Below are positions 25,380 through 36,888 of a stretch of DNA of 64,000 nucleotides, one piece after another. The stretch spans positions 744,001 through 808,000 of the forward strand of contig CM061246.1 in assembly GCA_022605425.2 (NCBI GenBank). Direction: 5' to 3'. Both the position numbers and the translations under genes were made by a program. The notes beneath the pieces are model-generated. The model had not been told where the DNA came from. It ran no database searches and saw only the letters and a list, made by a program, of their open reading frames with translations. How positions within the stretch are numbered: the stretch's first letter is position 1; each line of letters starts with the position of its first letter. Origin of the DNA: Hamiltosporidium tvaerminnensis FI-OER-3-3. Taxonomy: Eukaryota; Fungi; Microsporidia.

Positions 25380-25644
25380 TATTCCTTCTTTCAAAAGAAA
25401 TAAATACTTATAATACTATAAAATATTTTAATAGCCTGAAGCCAAAGTTTAATTTTTTAAAAGGATAAATGTAAAACCATTTAAATTAGAAAAAAATTTA
25501 ATGATGCCTTCTAGGATGTTGGTTTTTTTTCATTATAAAGAATATATATTTTCAAAAAGGTCTTTCTTCTATTCGAAAACACATTTTAATAGTAGTTTTT
25601 TGTTGAATAAATATCCTAACCTTTTAAAACCGTGGTATTTATTA

Positions 25645-26312
25645 CATTGTTTGAATGAATATTCGAAGTTTGCGGCTTAATATGGATAATTGCTCTCCTA
25701 ATGGCCTGTCGGTGTCCCTTTTATACCTAAATCACAAGGAACAATCTAAAAAATGTGATAACCGTGTAATATGAGAGGCAGTTGCCCGGCTTCGTTAATG
25801 TATGTTGCTTTCAGTGTTAATTCAGGTCGTAAGTCACTTTGCACACCCAGAACTAGCAGCATTTTCAATACTCTATACCGCTTGAGCCGGATAAATTTTC
25901 AGTCAAATATATTTCCGGAACTTAATGAAGTCCATCCAGATGTTGCAATCTCATACTAACAACTATAGGTTGCTACTTAAAACTGTAAATATTAAGTTTA
26001 TGTTGTTTCGTATATTCCAGGCGCTAAATCTTCTTGTCTTAATTGGAAAAACTTGTTTATCATCCCTATACATACAATTTTTATCCAATTCAGTCATGGT
26101 TTCCAATCTAGCTACATAAAAACCTACAAAACAAGATTGTAAAAAGATTTACTATTTTGGAGAAGTTCTCCTACATATATAAATTACCGGTGAATCAACT
26201 GAAAATGTAATGTGATTTTCATCCTATCACATATTCAATCAATGAATTTCACAGTAATTTTACAATCTTTTTGCTAAACATATAGTTTTTAATTGGATTA
26301 TTTTCTTTCACA
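25645..26312 (-). repeat. ~660-nt structured non-coding repeat, type B
   Basis: Duplicate of 19315-19982. Confidence 0.8.
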
Positions 26313-28311
26313 CTTAAAGTATTCAATAATGTATTCTGATGTACATAAAGAGCGTGTTAAAATTATTAAAAACCGAAAATAAGAAGTACATTTAGTAAAA
26401 GGGAATAGAAACATTCGGAAAGGATTATACCAGACGATATAAAACATTTTTTTCATTAAACCTACAGTTCTTGAATAAATATATATATGGGTCTTTAAAA
26501 CAAATTAGGTGTACTTTGTCTAGAAACTTTAATGTACGTATTTTAAATTGAAGTTCGATCCAGATATCAAAATATATTTGAAATTCGGAATAATGGACAA
26601 AATATTTTTGTTTTGAATACGAAATGAGATAAGTTCACACCAAACGAGTCGAAAACAATTAAATCTGAATATTCTTAAAATTAAATAAATTGAAATGATG
26701 AAAAGTCTTACTTATCGGTCAAACATTTGATAATATTTATAAACTTAGTGCCGAGAAAATTTATATCTGATAACCTGAGATGGTATTGTAACAAAATACT
26801 ATAGTATGGAGTTAAAAAGACTTCTTACCAGTAATACAAAATTTCGCAATTGTCGTTGGGCTCAAAAATGATTAGAACCGTTTTTTTTTGATTCACACGA
26901 AGAAAGAATTAAGCTCAAGTTCCGAGGAGATTTAAGGAAAGACATCATCTGCAATCTTTAAGAACCTAAGGGTCATAAATAACCCATTTCTATTGTATAT
27001 AGACCAATGAAAATATGTCACAGTACAAACGGAAATTTTAAATAATTCTGAAATGTGTGTAAAATAGATAAAATCGAAACATTAACTTAAAATGTTGGAA
27101 AAAGCATCAAATATAAAGAACAGATGAAATAGAATTCAAAAAATCTAGAAAAAACGAGAAATAAAACAACCAAATATTTAGTAAATTTGATTTTTAAATA
27201 TTTTTGACTACTTGTTCTACAGCTTTATTTTTTTCAATCTATGATGATCTCGCATTAAAAAAATCTAGTTTCAATTTTTTTATATTCATTTGTTCTATTT
27301 CAAAGAATATCATATAAGACTATTCGTTTTAGATTTTTACATTTAACTTATTATTTTATTAATCTAAAATTTTATATCTGAAAGCAAAGTTTAACGAACA
27401 TAATTTAATAAAGTTATACTATTTTGTATTTAAAAAAATATTTGTTGAAATATTTGACATTCATTAAGAATTTTCGCAATAATAAAAAATATTCTAAAAA
27501 TAGTATATAAACCACAACATGATTCTTTTTTTGAAATTTGCAGAATAAATTTTATGGGGATCCTCTTTTAGGATCTGATACGGTACATGAATAGCTTACG
27601 AGCTCATTCGTTCTTGTTTCAGATCCTCTTTTAGTTAGAAAATATATTTTTTTGATGATATCGTTGGTTTTGATTTCTTTAAAATCTAAAAACGAATTCC
27701 AATGACTAAACAGAATATTTTAAAATGATTGTCGAGGAATAATATTAAGACAAGATGCTAACTTTAAACTAAATTTTTTGGTAAAATACACTCATCTAAA
27801 ACAGCATTACTTTATTTCAAATACTGTATGTGTATCAAAAATACTCGAAAAATCAATGTATGGTTTAATAATTTCTGAAATTTTTTAGAAAATTTGGTAT
27901 TAGTTCTTTTTTTTGTGGAGTGATGATCAATTGGATTAGATAGTAAACGCAATTAAATTAATATTTAAGCGGGAAATTATTTGCTATGTTTTTTATTATA
28001 ATTCTTTTTTAAAAATAATTAATTTATTGGCTATCTAGTTATAATTTTCAATACTAACCAGGTTCAAATATGAAAGTATTTATTGTTTTAATAAAGAAAT
28101 TTAAGAAGAATATTTTTTTCATTAAACATTGGCAATTGTACATGAAACCGCGAAATCCTCATAAAAGAATCAATATATTTTATAGAGACTGTTTTTACAT
28201 TAATTTCAATTTCGATAAGAATATTAAATATAATCTTGCACTAGTTATATTAGCATAATAAAACTTATTTAAAAATATGTGATATTTTTAAATAAGGGCA
28301 AGTTTTATATT

Positions 28312-28986
28312 TGTTTTCATGGCAAAAACGCAGTTCTGGGTTTAACATAAATAACTGCTACCCCAAAACTCCATCATTACTCCCTGCGATACCTACATCC
28401 CAAAGGCTTTCATCTACCAGGTGTGTAGAACCTAATTAATAGGCGAGGCAGTTGCCCGGAGTTCGTTAATGTCCGTTGCATGGAATGTGATCGAGGGCCG
28501 AAGCCCCCCTGGGCTCCCCCAAGACTATGCAGCATTCCCACTTACTCTACATTTTCTGAACCCAATAAACTTCCAGCTAAGATATATTTCAGAGATTTAC
28601 ATGGGGTCCACCTATACAGTGCAATGTCATACCAACAGGTATAACCTACTAATTAGTATTCCTTGTCTTTCTAAGGGGGTTATTTTAAATCACCCGGGTG
28701 CTAAGTCTTTTAACCTGAGTGAACAAGGATAGGTTTCCATGCTTATACATGGCAATTACCTACACTTTCAGCTGTGGTCTGCAATCCAGTTACATAAAAA
28801 ACTACAAATAAATTTGTAGAAAAAGTTTCGCAATTTCGTATACCCCTTATCCTCATAACAAACCCATAGAACAACCGAAGATATAGTCTTGGTTATGTCC
28901 CACCAAAAATTCAAACAATTATCTTCGCACCAATGTCACATACATATTACCAAGCAGATAATTTTTTATGTGGTTATCCTCCCCCA
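28312..28986 (-). repeat. ~660-nt structured non-coding repeat, type C2 (best-preserved hairpins)
   Basis: Contains minus-strand gggc-TTCG-gccc and cgg-GCAA-ctg hairpins. Terminus TGGGGGAGGAT. Confidence 0.85.
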
Positions 28987-29273
28987 CTGTCAAGTTATAT
29001 TCGAAGAATAAGTGTTAAACATTGATTATCTTTAGTAAAAATATTTTTTCAGACTATTCAAAAATATATTAAACCATTGTAATTTGCTAGTTCATCAAAA
29101 AAATATTGTTTAAAAATTGTTAGAGAGCCATAAATGCAACAAGGAGTACAAAGTGATTTAAAGATTCGAAATAATTGCTTCAAATTATTCTGTTATTTAA
29201 ATTATTTAAGAAGGTAATTGTATAAAAATATAAAGGCAATCCGACTAAAAACAATTAATAAGATAAATTTATT

Positions 29274-30524
29274 TTACTCGCTAAAATGTTCGATAAGAGA
29301 AGATTTTTCCTTTGTTGATCCGGTATTAAGAAATCTAATATACTTATGCACAATATCTTTATTGATAACCATAAAATTTGTAAGTGCTGCTTCATTTATC
29401 TCACTAAATCTAGAAATCATATCCTGAATAAAATTTTCTTGGTATTTATCTATGGATTTCTCTTTTTGAATAATAGATTGCTCTGTTTCCTTTTCTAAGT
29501 ATTTGCCCATCAATTCGGATCTTGCTCTAAATGCGTCATCAATTTCATCTCTGAATTTACTAGCTTGCTCTTTTAAACAGGAATATAAGAATTTAAGAAT
29601 CTCTTCTTTCCGTTCTGTGTTAGTCTTGTGTCTTAAATATAATTCAAGATTTTCAATAGGTTTAAGAATTTTTGAAATGGCTTTTACTATAACTTCTTCT
29701 TTTTCACCTAAAATTAAATCCGAGCATATTTGAAAAAGTAAATTTGGTTCAAAAATTGAACCGCCTAAATTAAATTCCATACGAATTTCATTAAGCTTTT
29801 TATGATTATATTGTGAGATTGGTGCATTTGATTCTATAAATTCTTGAATAAATTCCCTTTTTTCTCTTTGTATCGATTTACTGAGATTCTGCGTTTCAAT
29901 AATAGATCTACGTAGGGCTTTTATCATCTTTGAGTATTTAAAATCTTTGGTATCGAAATCCTTAACTTCAATAAGCTCCAATATTTCATCTGATGAATAT
30001 TTTTGTAGATTTTTTTTGAGTTCATGTAACTCTTCAATAAACAAACTTTTTGCGATTTGTGATTTATCTCTATCAAAGTAATAATTTCTAAATTCCAACG
30101 CTTTTTTTAGCTTTGAATCTTTAGACAAATCAATCTTGCGTGAAAAATTCGAAAATATATCAAATAATTTCCACAACTCATCTTTTAAATTGTTTTTGTG
30201 TTTCTTTAAATTTAAGATTTTATTTCTTCCGATGAAAATAACGGTTTCAATAATTTTTTCAAGATATTTATCGCTCATATTATTTATTTCAATTATAAAT
30301 AGAAAACTATTCAAATTTAAAATTGTTTCGTACAGCAATTCTTCGCGTAAACCGGGTATAATAAGATCCGGGTTTGTTACTGGATCTTTTATTTCTGTCT
30401 CGTATGGCATTTTCTCTGTTATTTTTTTCAATTGTACACGTTTTTCACTTAAGTGTTCACTTGAATCATCTAAATCCGGATTCAAAAAAGAACTTAGAAG
30501 CTTTATAAACAATATGATTAACAT
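29274..30524 (-). CDS. Orphan secreted, helical/coiled-coil protein (~416 aa)
   Basis: The ORF track starts at a TTG (30587). The first ATG at 30524 gives the signal peptide MLIILFIKLLSS followed by an E/K/L-rich body. Confidence 0.75.
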   Translation of the reverse strand: MLIILFIKLLSSFLNPDLDDSSEHLSEKRVQLKKITEKMPYETEIKDPVTNPDLIIPGLREELLYETILNLNSFLFIIEINNMSDKYLEKIIETVIFIGRNKILNLKKHKNNLKDELWKLFDIFSNFSRKIDLSKDSKLKKALEFRNYYFDRDKSQIAKSLFIEELHELKKNLQKYSSDEILELIEVKDFDTKDFKYSKMIKALRRSIIETQNLSKSIQREKREFIQEFIESNAPISQYNHKKLNEIRMEFNLGGSIFEPNLLFQICSDLILGEKEEVIVKAISKILKPIENLELYLRHKTNTERKEEILKFLYSCLKEQASKFRDEIDDAFRARSELMGKYLEKETEQSIIQKEKSIDKYQENFIQDMISRFSEINEAALTNFMVINKDIVHKYIRFLNTGSTKEKSSLIEHFSE

Positions 30525-32873
30525 GAGTTTGTTTTCTTTCTTTCTTTTGTTTTTCTTCTGAAACTTTGTAATAAATTTTAACAACAAACATTTTGTATAT
30601 CTTTGTTATGAATTTAAAAATTGATGCATGTACTTTACAAAATACAATTTTTAATTTTTAAAATTTGTTTTATATCGCGATACTAGTATTAGAAAAGATT
30701 TAATTTTACATTTTGTCTTTCTTTGTACAATATGAAACTTTAAACAAAGAAAATTTATTTCTTAAAAGAATAATTAAAAAGATTAAAAAAATAGTATTGA
30801 TGTTTTGTATTCTTTGAACAGACATAAAGTTAATAAAGGACAATTTAAATTGAATACTTTTTCAGTCTAGCGATTTAAAAAAGTAATAATAATCTAAACG
30901 ACAATGTCGAAAAATATTTGCATGTTGTCATGAACACATTGAAAATTTTACAAACTATATTTTAAGACAGTTTCATTTTTGACGGATTAAATCTTTATAA
31001 ATATCATTTTGTATTTAAAATTTTATCTTTCAAATAGTTATGAAAAGTAAATTCGAAATTGATTGCCAATACAGAAAATTAAAATATAAATTTGAACAAA
31101 AAAACTATTTTAAACTCTAGGAAGATTGAATACTATATGCTTCTCTATGACAACTTTGGCTGTTTAGTTTGGATAATATTACACTTCAAATACCTAGTCT
31201 CAATATAAATAGGAACTAAAAATGATAGTCCATATTAAATCAAATAGATGCGAAGAAAAAGTAAGAAAAATTACATTTCTTTATCTTTTAATTCTAAACC
31301 AAAGATTCGTTCTGAAAAATACATGAGAAGAAGAAATATAAACGAGCTAACTTGTTTATGTTTAATTTTAAGCCGTGAATATTACATTTTAAAATAAAAA
31401 AATACAAAATTTATTTTTTGAGTATAAAATTGTTTAGAACGAAACAGATACCATATTTTAAATTAGAAAAAAAGCAATTAACTTATTAATTAGGCCAAAT
31501 TGACAATCAAGCTGTTGTATAAGGTAAATTTTTTTGATTTAAAATTTTCTTATATTTCTTATTTATTTTTTGCTAGTAGAAGAAAAATTATGGCAGTTAA
31601 ACGCACATTTGAAATTGTGGATAAATATCAATAGTTTATTTGCTTGAATTTAGAAGTTGGAATACATTTATAAACATTGAGCAAATATATATCCTATATA
31701 TATTTAACTATTAACATATTTTTCAGCCAATATCTGATAAAGAAATAAGCACCTGTATTTTTTTTATCACTGTGATTCTATATCGATTTAATTCTTACTT
31801 ACTCAGTCATTCTGTTCTTCTTTTACTATCGAAGTCAAGGATTAACAAATTAAAGTTTCTATTTGTTGCTTTAAAGTCTTATAACTCGGGATTATAGGGG
31901 ATGTACCTATAAATCCAATAAGTTTTAATTCCACCAAAATGGCAACAATGATATTCCCATTATTTCAATGCACTAGTTTCCAAGCCGATAGTTTTTATTG
32001 TGATTATTCTTCTTTCGCGTATCAATTTAAATAACAAACTGACAATTAAAAAAATAATTTTAACCAGAAGATTTTTCAATATTTATTTATAAAATTGAAT
32101 ATCCCGCAAAAATTATAGTTAGTATGTATGAGTTTGATGAACCAATAAAAATAACTAGAAATCAAATTAGAGAATTTAAATATTTTTTTTAAAGTTTTTT
32201 TTTTCATAATACAATCTAATTCAAATGTAAATTAGTTATTAACATCTTACTTGTAACCGATGACATAATAGGAACATAAAAAGATGATAGAGTATAATAT
32301 TATTGATAAATTTGATGCAAATTGATAATCTTATATTAAAATTTGATACAACAGAAAGAAAATCAATATATTTGTAAGAAAAACTGGTGTTTATGAAAAA
32401 GGAAAAACTAATGAAATATAATCATTATTTTTTAAAAATGATACAATGTAAATATATAAATTATGCCACTAATCACTAATAAATTTAGTTAATTTGTCCT
32501 TAAATGTTGCTCAAATATGAGACTGTAGGATATATACAAATAAAAAATTTATGTTTTTTAGAATATAGCAGACATATAGGATTTGAAAAAAAATAATTTA
32601 AAAATATTAACAAAGAAAGCATAAATATGAAACTGCGGGTTTCACTTTGTTAATCTATCAATTAGTAAATATATAATGCAAAATTTTAGTGAACCAAGTT
32701 AAATTATGTGTAATTCAAATAATTTTGTAGTCAATAGAGCCATAAATTAAGTTATTCTGACAATTTTTTAACTAAAGTATATTTTAAATTAAATTTAATT
32801 ATTTGCAAGGCGAGTATTATATATTTTTTATGTTTATACTGCTAAGTAAATGCTAAAAGTAGTTGGATCGTTT

Positions 32874-33614
32874 TTAACAGAAAAAGTCTATATTTCTAAT
32901 AAAGGACTCCATTTCAATCATAATATCATCTGGTATCCTATTATATTCAAAAAATATGGTAGTGTTTAAAAATTTTATCTGCTCTTTGATTATTTCTAAA
33001 TCTTGAATGAGCATTTCAGGAAAAATTGTAGGTGAAAAAATAATAAATAAATATTCTAATGTCATTCGATTTATATGAGAGTTGTTCGATATCAAGGTAA
33101 ACATATCGAAAATAGCTAGAAGTAATTTACGAGAGTCTTCACAAAAGGTAAAGGGAAAATACTTTTCAATGATTTTAATTTCATCAGAATTTACCTTGCC
33201 TAAAAACAATCGATTTAAAGTAGGAACAATCGATTTTTGTATCAATCCATTTAAATTTTTACGAATATACAATTTTAAAATTGCTGCATTTGTATCGATT
33301 CCATATTTTTCAAATTCGTACGTTTTATCTGTTTCAATTGTTTTGAAAATATTTTCATATTCAATTTTATTACCCGGAATACGAAATATACCAGGATGAT
33401 TTACACCATGAATCTTTAAATAATCGATTAATTCAAATATAAATTCATCAACATGTTTTCTATAAAATATTTTTTTTGGTCTTCTAAAAAATACAAATCT
33501 ATAAATTTGGATAAAGTATTCTTTAATATTATTAACCGATAACATATAAAGTTTGTAGCAACAATAAAATCCTAAAAAGTTTTTACTTGCAAGTCGTAGA
33601 TTTTCATAAAACAT
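32874..33614 (-). CDS. RhoGAP-domain protein
   Basis: PGIFRIPG arginine finger, AAILKLYIR, NRMTLEYLFIIFSPTIF. Confidence 0.9.
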   Translation of the reverse strand: MFYENLRLASKNFLGFYCCYKLYMLSVNNIKEYFIQIYRFVFFRRPKKIFYRKHVDEFIFELIDYLKIHGVNHPGIFRIPGNKIEYENIFKTIETDKTYEFEKYGIDTNAAILKLYIRKNLNGLIQKSIVPTLNRLFLGKVNSDEIKIIEKYFPFTFCEDSRKLLLAIFDMFTLISNNSHINRMTLEYLFIIFSPTIFPEMLIQDLEIIKEQIKFLNTTIFFEYNRIPDDIMIEMESFIRNIDFFC

Positions 33615-34517
33615 TTTTTTTTCTTATCGCAATTTTTGAGCCATCGCAATAAATATTATACATTTTCTGATTAACGTATCTTCTTATTTTTTCTTATCTG
33701 AAACAAACCTATCAATTTTTCACCCAAAATTTGGAAATTTAAATATTCTTTTAACTAACCTTTTCTTAATCTAATCTTTCTACAACAAATAACCATAAAT
33801 TTCAAATTTTGTTAGTTTTCACTTTAAATTTTACTCGTTTTTAATTTATAGAAATTACATTCAATAATCAAAAAATTTTTAATTGATAATTTATTTTTGA
33901 ACATTATATCTTTTTTTGACGAATCAGATTTTAAGGTAAACATTAAAGTTTTTTCATAATCTTCTCTCTGTTCAAAGGTAGAATTTTTTTCAAAATATTT
34001 ATAAATTAAGAAACATATGTGTCTCTGTCTCTCATCATACTAAATTCATTTCAATTTAATTTATTCAATTTGAAATTATTTGAATATGAATTTGAATTCT
34101 TAGCATTCTTTATCTTCTGATATTTCTCCATATAATTATGTAATTTATGTTCAAGCTTATTTAATAACTGTAAACAATTTCCAAGCATCTTCTTTTTAGT
34201 GCTAAAAATATTTTTTTAATTTTTACTTGTGTTTTCTTTTTCTTGTCTTCTTGTACCTCCATCTAAATTCTGAGATCTATTTGATCATATGGTTCTAAAA
34301 TATTTTAAATCTTCTTTAACTTCAGCTTTTTCTCTAAACCAAATTTTTATTTACTTACTTCGATTCCGGATATTTAAAAGAAAACCTTACATAATAAAAC
34401 ATTTACTTCATATTTCAAAGCTGATTTTAATAAGACTGGTTGTTTGATTATTTTATATTCTGGTTAATTTAGTAACAAACTTTTTTTAAAAAATAGATTC
34501 TTAATTAAAATTAAGGT

Positions 34518-35655
34518 ATATTTTAATGGAATTCTTGAAAAAAAATTTACTCTGTTTTATATATTTTCCTGTACCCCTTTGAACATTTTTTTCTCTTTTA
34601 AATCCGGCTCTTTGTTTATATTTATCATCAGTTCATATGTTGTGGCTTCTCAATCTGGCATAAAGAGCATCCAAGTTTTATTTTTTAAGCTTTTTATACC
34701 ATCATTCTCGTTTCTTGTTGGTTATAAAAAAAATATCGATTCATTCTAGATTTCAGGTTAATTTATATCACCCATTGATGAAATCACCAACCATTTTAGC
34801 AATTGGTACTGAATCAAGTTTTTTTCTTTATCAAAAGAAAAATTTTGACTTTCTTCTTGAGCACTATTGACTGAATGTATGCTCCCACATTCATGAGTAC
34901 TTAGAGTCATTTAAAAATTGCTTATGGAGTTTTGTCTCAATACTATCTCAGGTTATCACAAAAGAAACTATATCAATATTATACTTACAACTAAGACCGA
35001 ACTCATTGGCTAATAATTCATATTTTTTTTCTCTTTTCCGTTTCAACTTTCCTAAGTTAATCTTGTGAGGTGCTTGTACTTCAATGGGTGTTATCTTGTT
35101 TTAAGTTTTATTCAAAATACATATTACAATTCTATTATTCTGATTTTTGACATTAGGTTTAACCAGGTGTTCACTCTCAGTTCCCCATACTCATTTTAAG
35201 AAATATTTAACATGGCGCCCCATTATTTGTTTTATAGATTTGAATTTATATTTATCACAAGGTGTAAGTTTGGACATCTAATCCCTTAATTATGCCGTCT
35301 GGTAAATTCATGTCCAAGTATGTTTTCGCATAAGCCGCAAAATTATATTTTTTTATCGAATTTATTGTAATGTTGGCACTTCTTCCTACTCCTCTGGATA
35401 AATTTCTACCCTGAAGTAACAGAAAACTGTTTCTTTGCGTGGCCTAATATTGTAATTATATGCCCATCTTTGGAAGTCACTTGTACCCACAGGTTCATTT
35501 TTTCTTAGATTTATACATTTCGAATCAAGTTTTTGTTTTTCTATTTCGTAATATAATTTTGCAGGTTAAGTCTTTCTAAGCTCATTTTTACTTTTCTTCT
35601 AACCTATTTTTAATTTTAAAAGGCCCAGCACATGTGTGGGATTTGTTTTATTGAA
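34518..35655 (-). mobile_element. Decayed RLE non-LTR element 3' portion
   Basis: Minus-strand fragments AKLYYEIEKQKL, NIRPRKETVFCY, ILGHEFTRRHN, KYELLANEFGL and AYIQSIVLKK match ORF 46998-48320. 3' tail agaattccattaaaata near 34520. Confidence 0.85.
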
Positions 35656-35790
35656 ATTAAGATTTTGAATAAATTAGTAAACAATAAATTTTTTAAAAAT
35701 ATCTGAAACCAATTTTTTTAAAAAAAATTATAAAGTTTTAAAAGCCCTTTCGTTTAAGTCTTTATTATAAATAATTTATTTCTTCCTTAA

Positions 35791-36888
35791 ATGGATTTAG
35801 ATAAAATTTTGGAAAATCTGAAGAAATGTATTCTTCCAACCGAAAATGATTTATTTTTAATTTTGAAATCTTTAAATATTCTGCATTACGACGAACCAAA
35901 TACTTTAGAATTGAGTGGATCATTTACTTTGGTTGGGGATTTACACGGGCAATATTTTGATTTGCTTAATCTATTTGACTTAAACGGATGGCCATCTGAA
36001 AGCAGAAAGTATGTATTTCTCGGGGATTATGTAGATAGAGGTGCACATTCGGTAGAAATATTTATTTTGCTATCTGTTATTAAATTAAAATATAGTGATT
36101 CAGTGTTTTTGTTAAGAGGAAATCACGAAACGGAAAATCTTAATTCAGTTTACGGATTTAAAAAAGAAGTGTTAAATAAATACAATTTGGTTTTTTATAA
36201 ACTGTTTTGTGAAAGCATGCAGTTTATGGCCATATGTGCTCTAATCACTGTATGCGATAAAAATTGTGGCTGCACCGGCTGCGAAGGAATACTAAATGAA
36301 AGCTATTCCGAAAAAAATAATTCGTTTCCAAAAAACAATAATATATTAATTGATGAATCATGCGAAGATATTTTTGCAGCAAAGAATTTACCTGGAAAAA
36401 GTATGAATACCAAAAATTTAAATGGTTGCGATATATGTAAAGGCTTGTCAAATTCAAATACAGAAAATAAATTTAAAGTTTTTGCTGTTCATGGTGGGCT
36501 TTCGCCAAAATATGATCAGATAAACCAAATAAATAAATTCAATAGAATGTTAAACCATTCTAATCTTCATGATCTACTTTGGTCTGATCCCAGTGAAGAG
36601 CCAGGATATAAAAAAAATACGAGGGGTGCAGGATATTTGTTTGGAGAAGATATTGTGAATAAATTTTGTAAAAATAACAATATATCTTTAATTGTAAGAT
36701 CACATCAACTCGTACAAGATGGATTTGAGTTGAAGTTTGATGGTAAGTTAGCAAATATATGGTCAGCACCTAACTACTGTTATATGTGTGGTAATCTTGC
36801 CAGCGTTATTGTCCTTAAGAAAGGTGGATTTGAAGAAATTATTTATGATAAATGTGACAATCAGTTGGGAAACAATATAATTTGTTAG
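35791..36888 (+). CDS. PPP-family Ser/Thr phosphatase, PP2A-like (PP4/PP6 type)
   Basis: GDLHGQ, GDYVDRG, RGNHE, HGGLSP, RSHQ and WSAPNYCY motifs, plus a ~72-aa Cys-rich insert. Confidence 0.95.
   Translation: MDLDKILENLKKCILPTENDLFLILKSLNILHYDEPNTLELSGSFTLVGDLHGQYFDLLNLFDLNGWPSESRKYVFLGDYVDRGAHSVEIFILLSVIKLKYSDSVFLLRGNHETENLNSVYGFKKEVLNKYNLVFYKLFCESMQFMAICALITVCDKNCGCTGCEGILNESYSEKNNSFPKNNNILIDESCEDIFAAKNLPGKSMNTKNLNGCDICKGLSNSNTENKFKVFAVHGGLSPKYDQINQINKFNRMLNHSNLHDLLWSDPSEEPGYKKNTRGAGYLFGEDIVNKFCKNNNISLIVRSHQLVQDGFELKFDGKLANIWSAPNYCYMCGNLASVIVLKKGGFEEIIYDKCDNQLGNNIIC

Larger units (their letters stand above)
22625..28986 (+). repeat. Segmental duplication unit 2 (tandem)
   Basis: Starts aatatttcataaataaatattttaattaacc, identical to the sequence at 16268. 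Confidence 0.95.

Noticed and set aside
28520-28890. Group I intron R/S elements (agacta ... aagatatagtc)
   Set aside because: The P7 pairing exists only in this copy (others have cagtg or tagta), no P/Q elements were found, and the tetraloops favour the other strand.
31800-32050. Possible mariner/Tc1 transposase remnant (VHP.YNPEL on the minus strand)
   Set aside because: Only one frameshifted motif, and no terminal inverted repeats were found.
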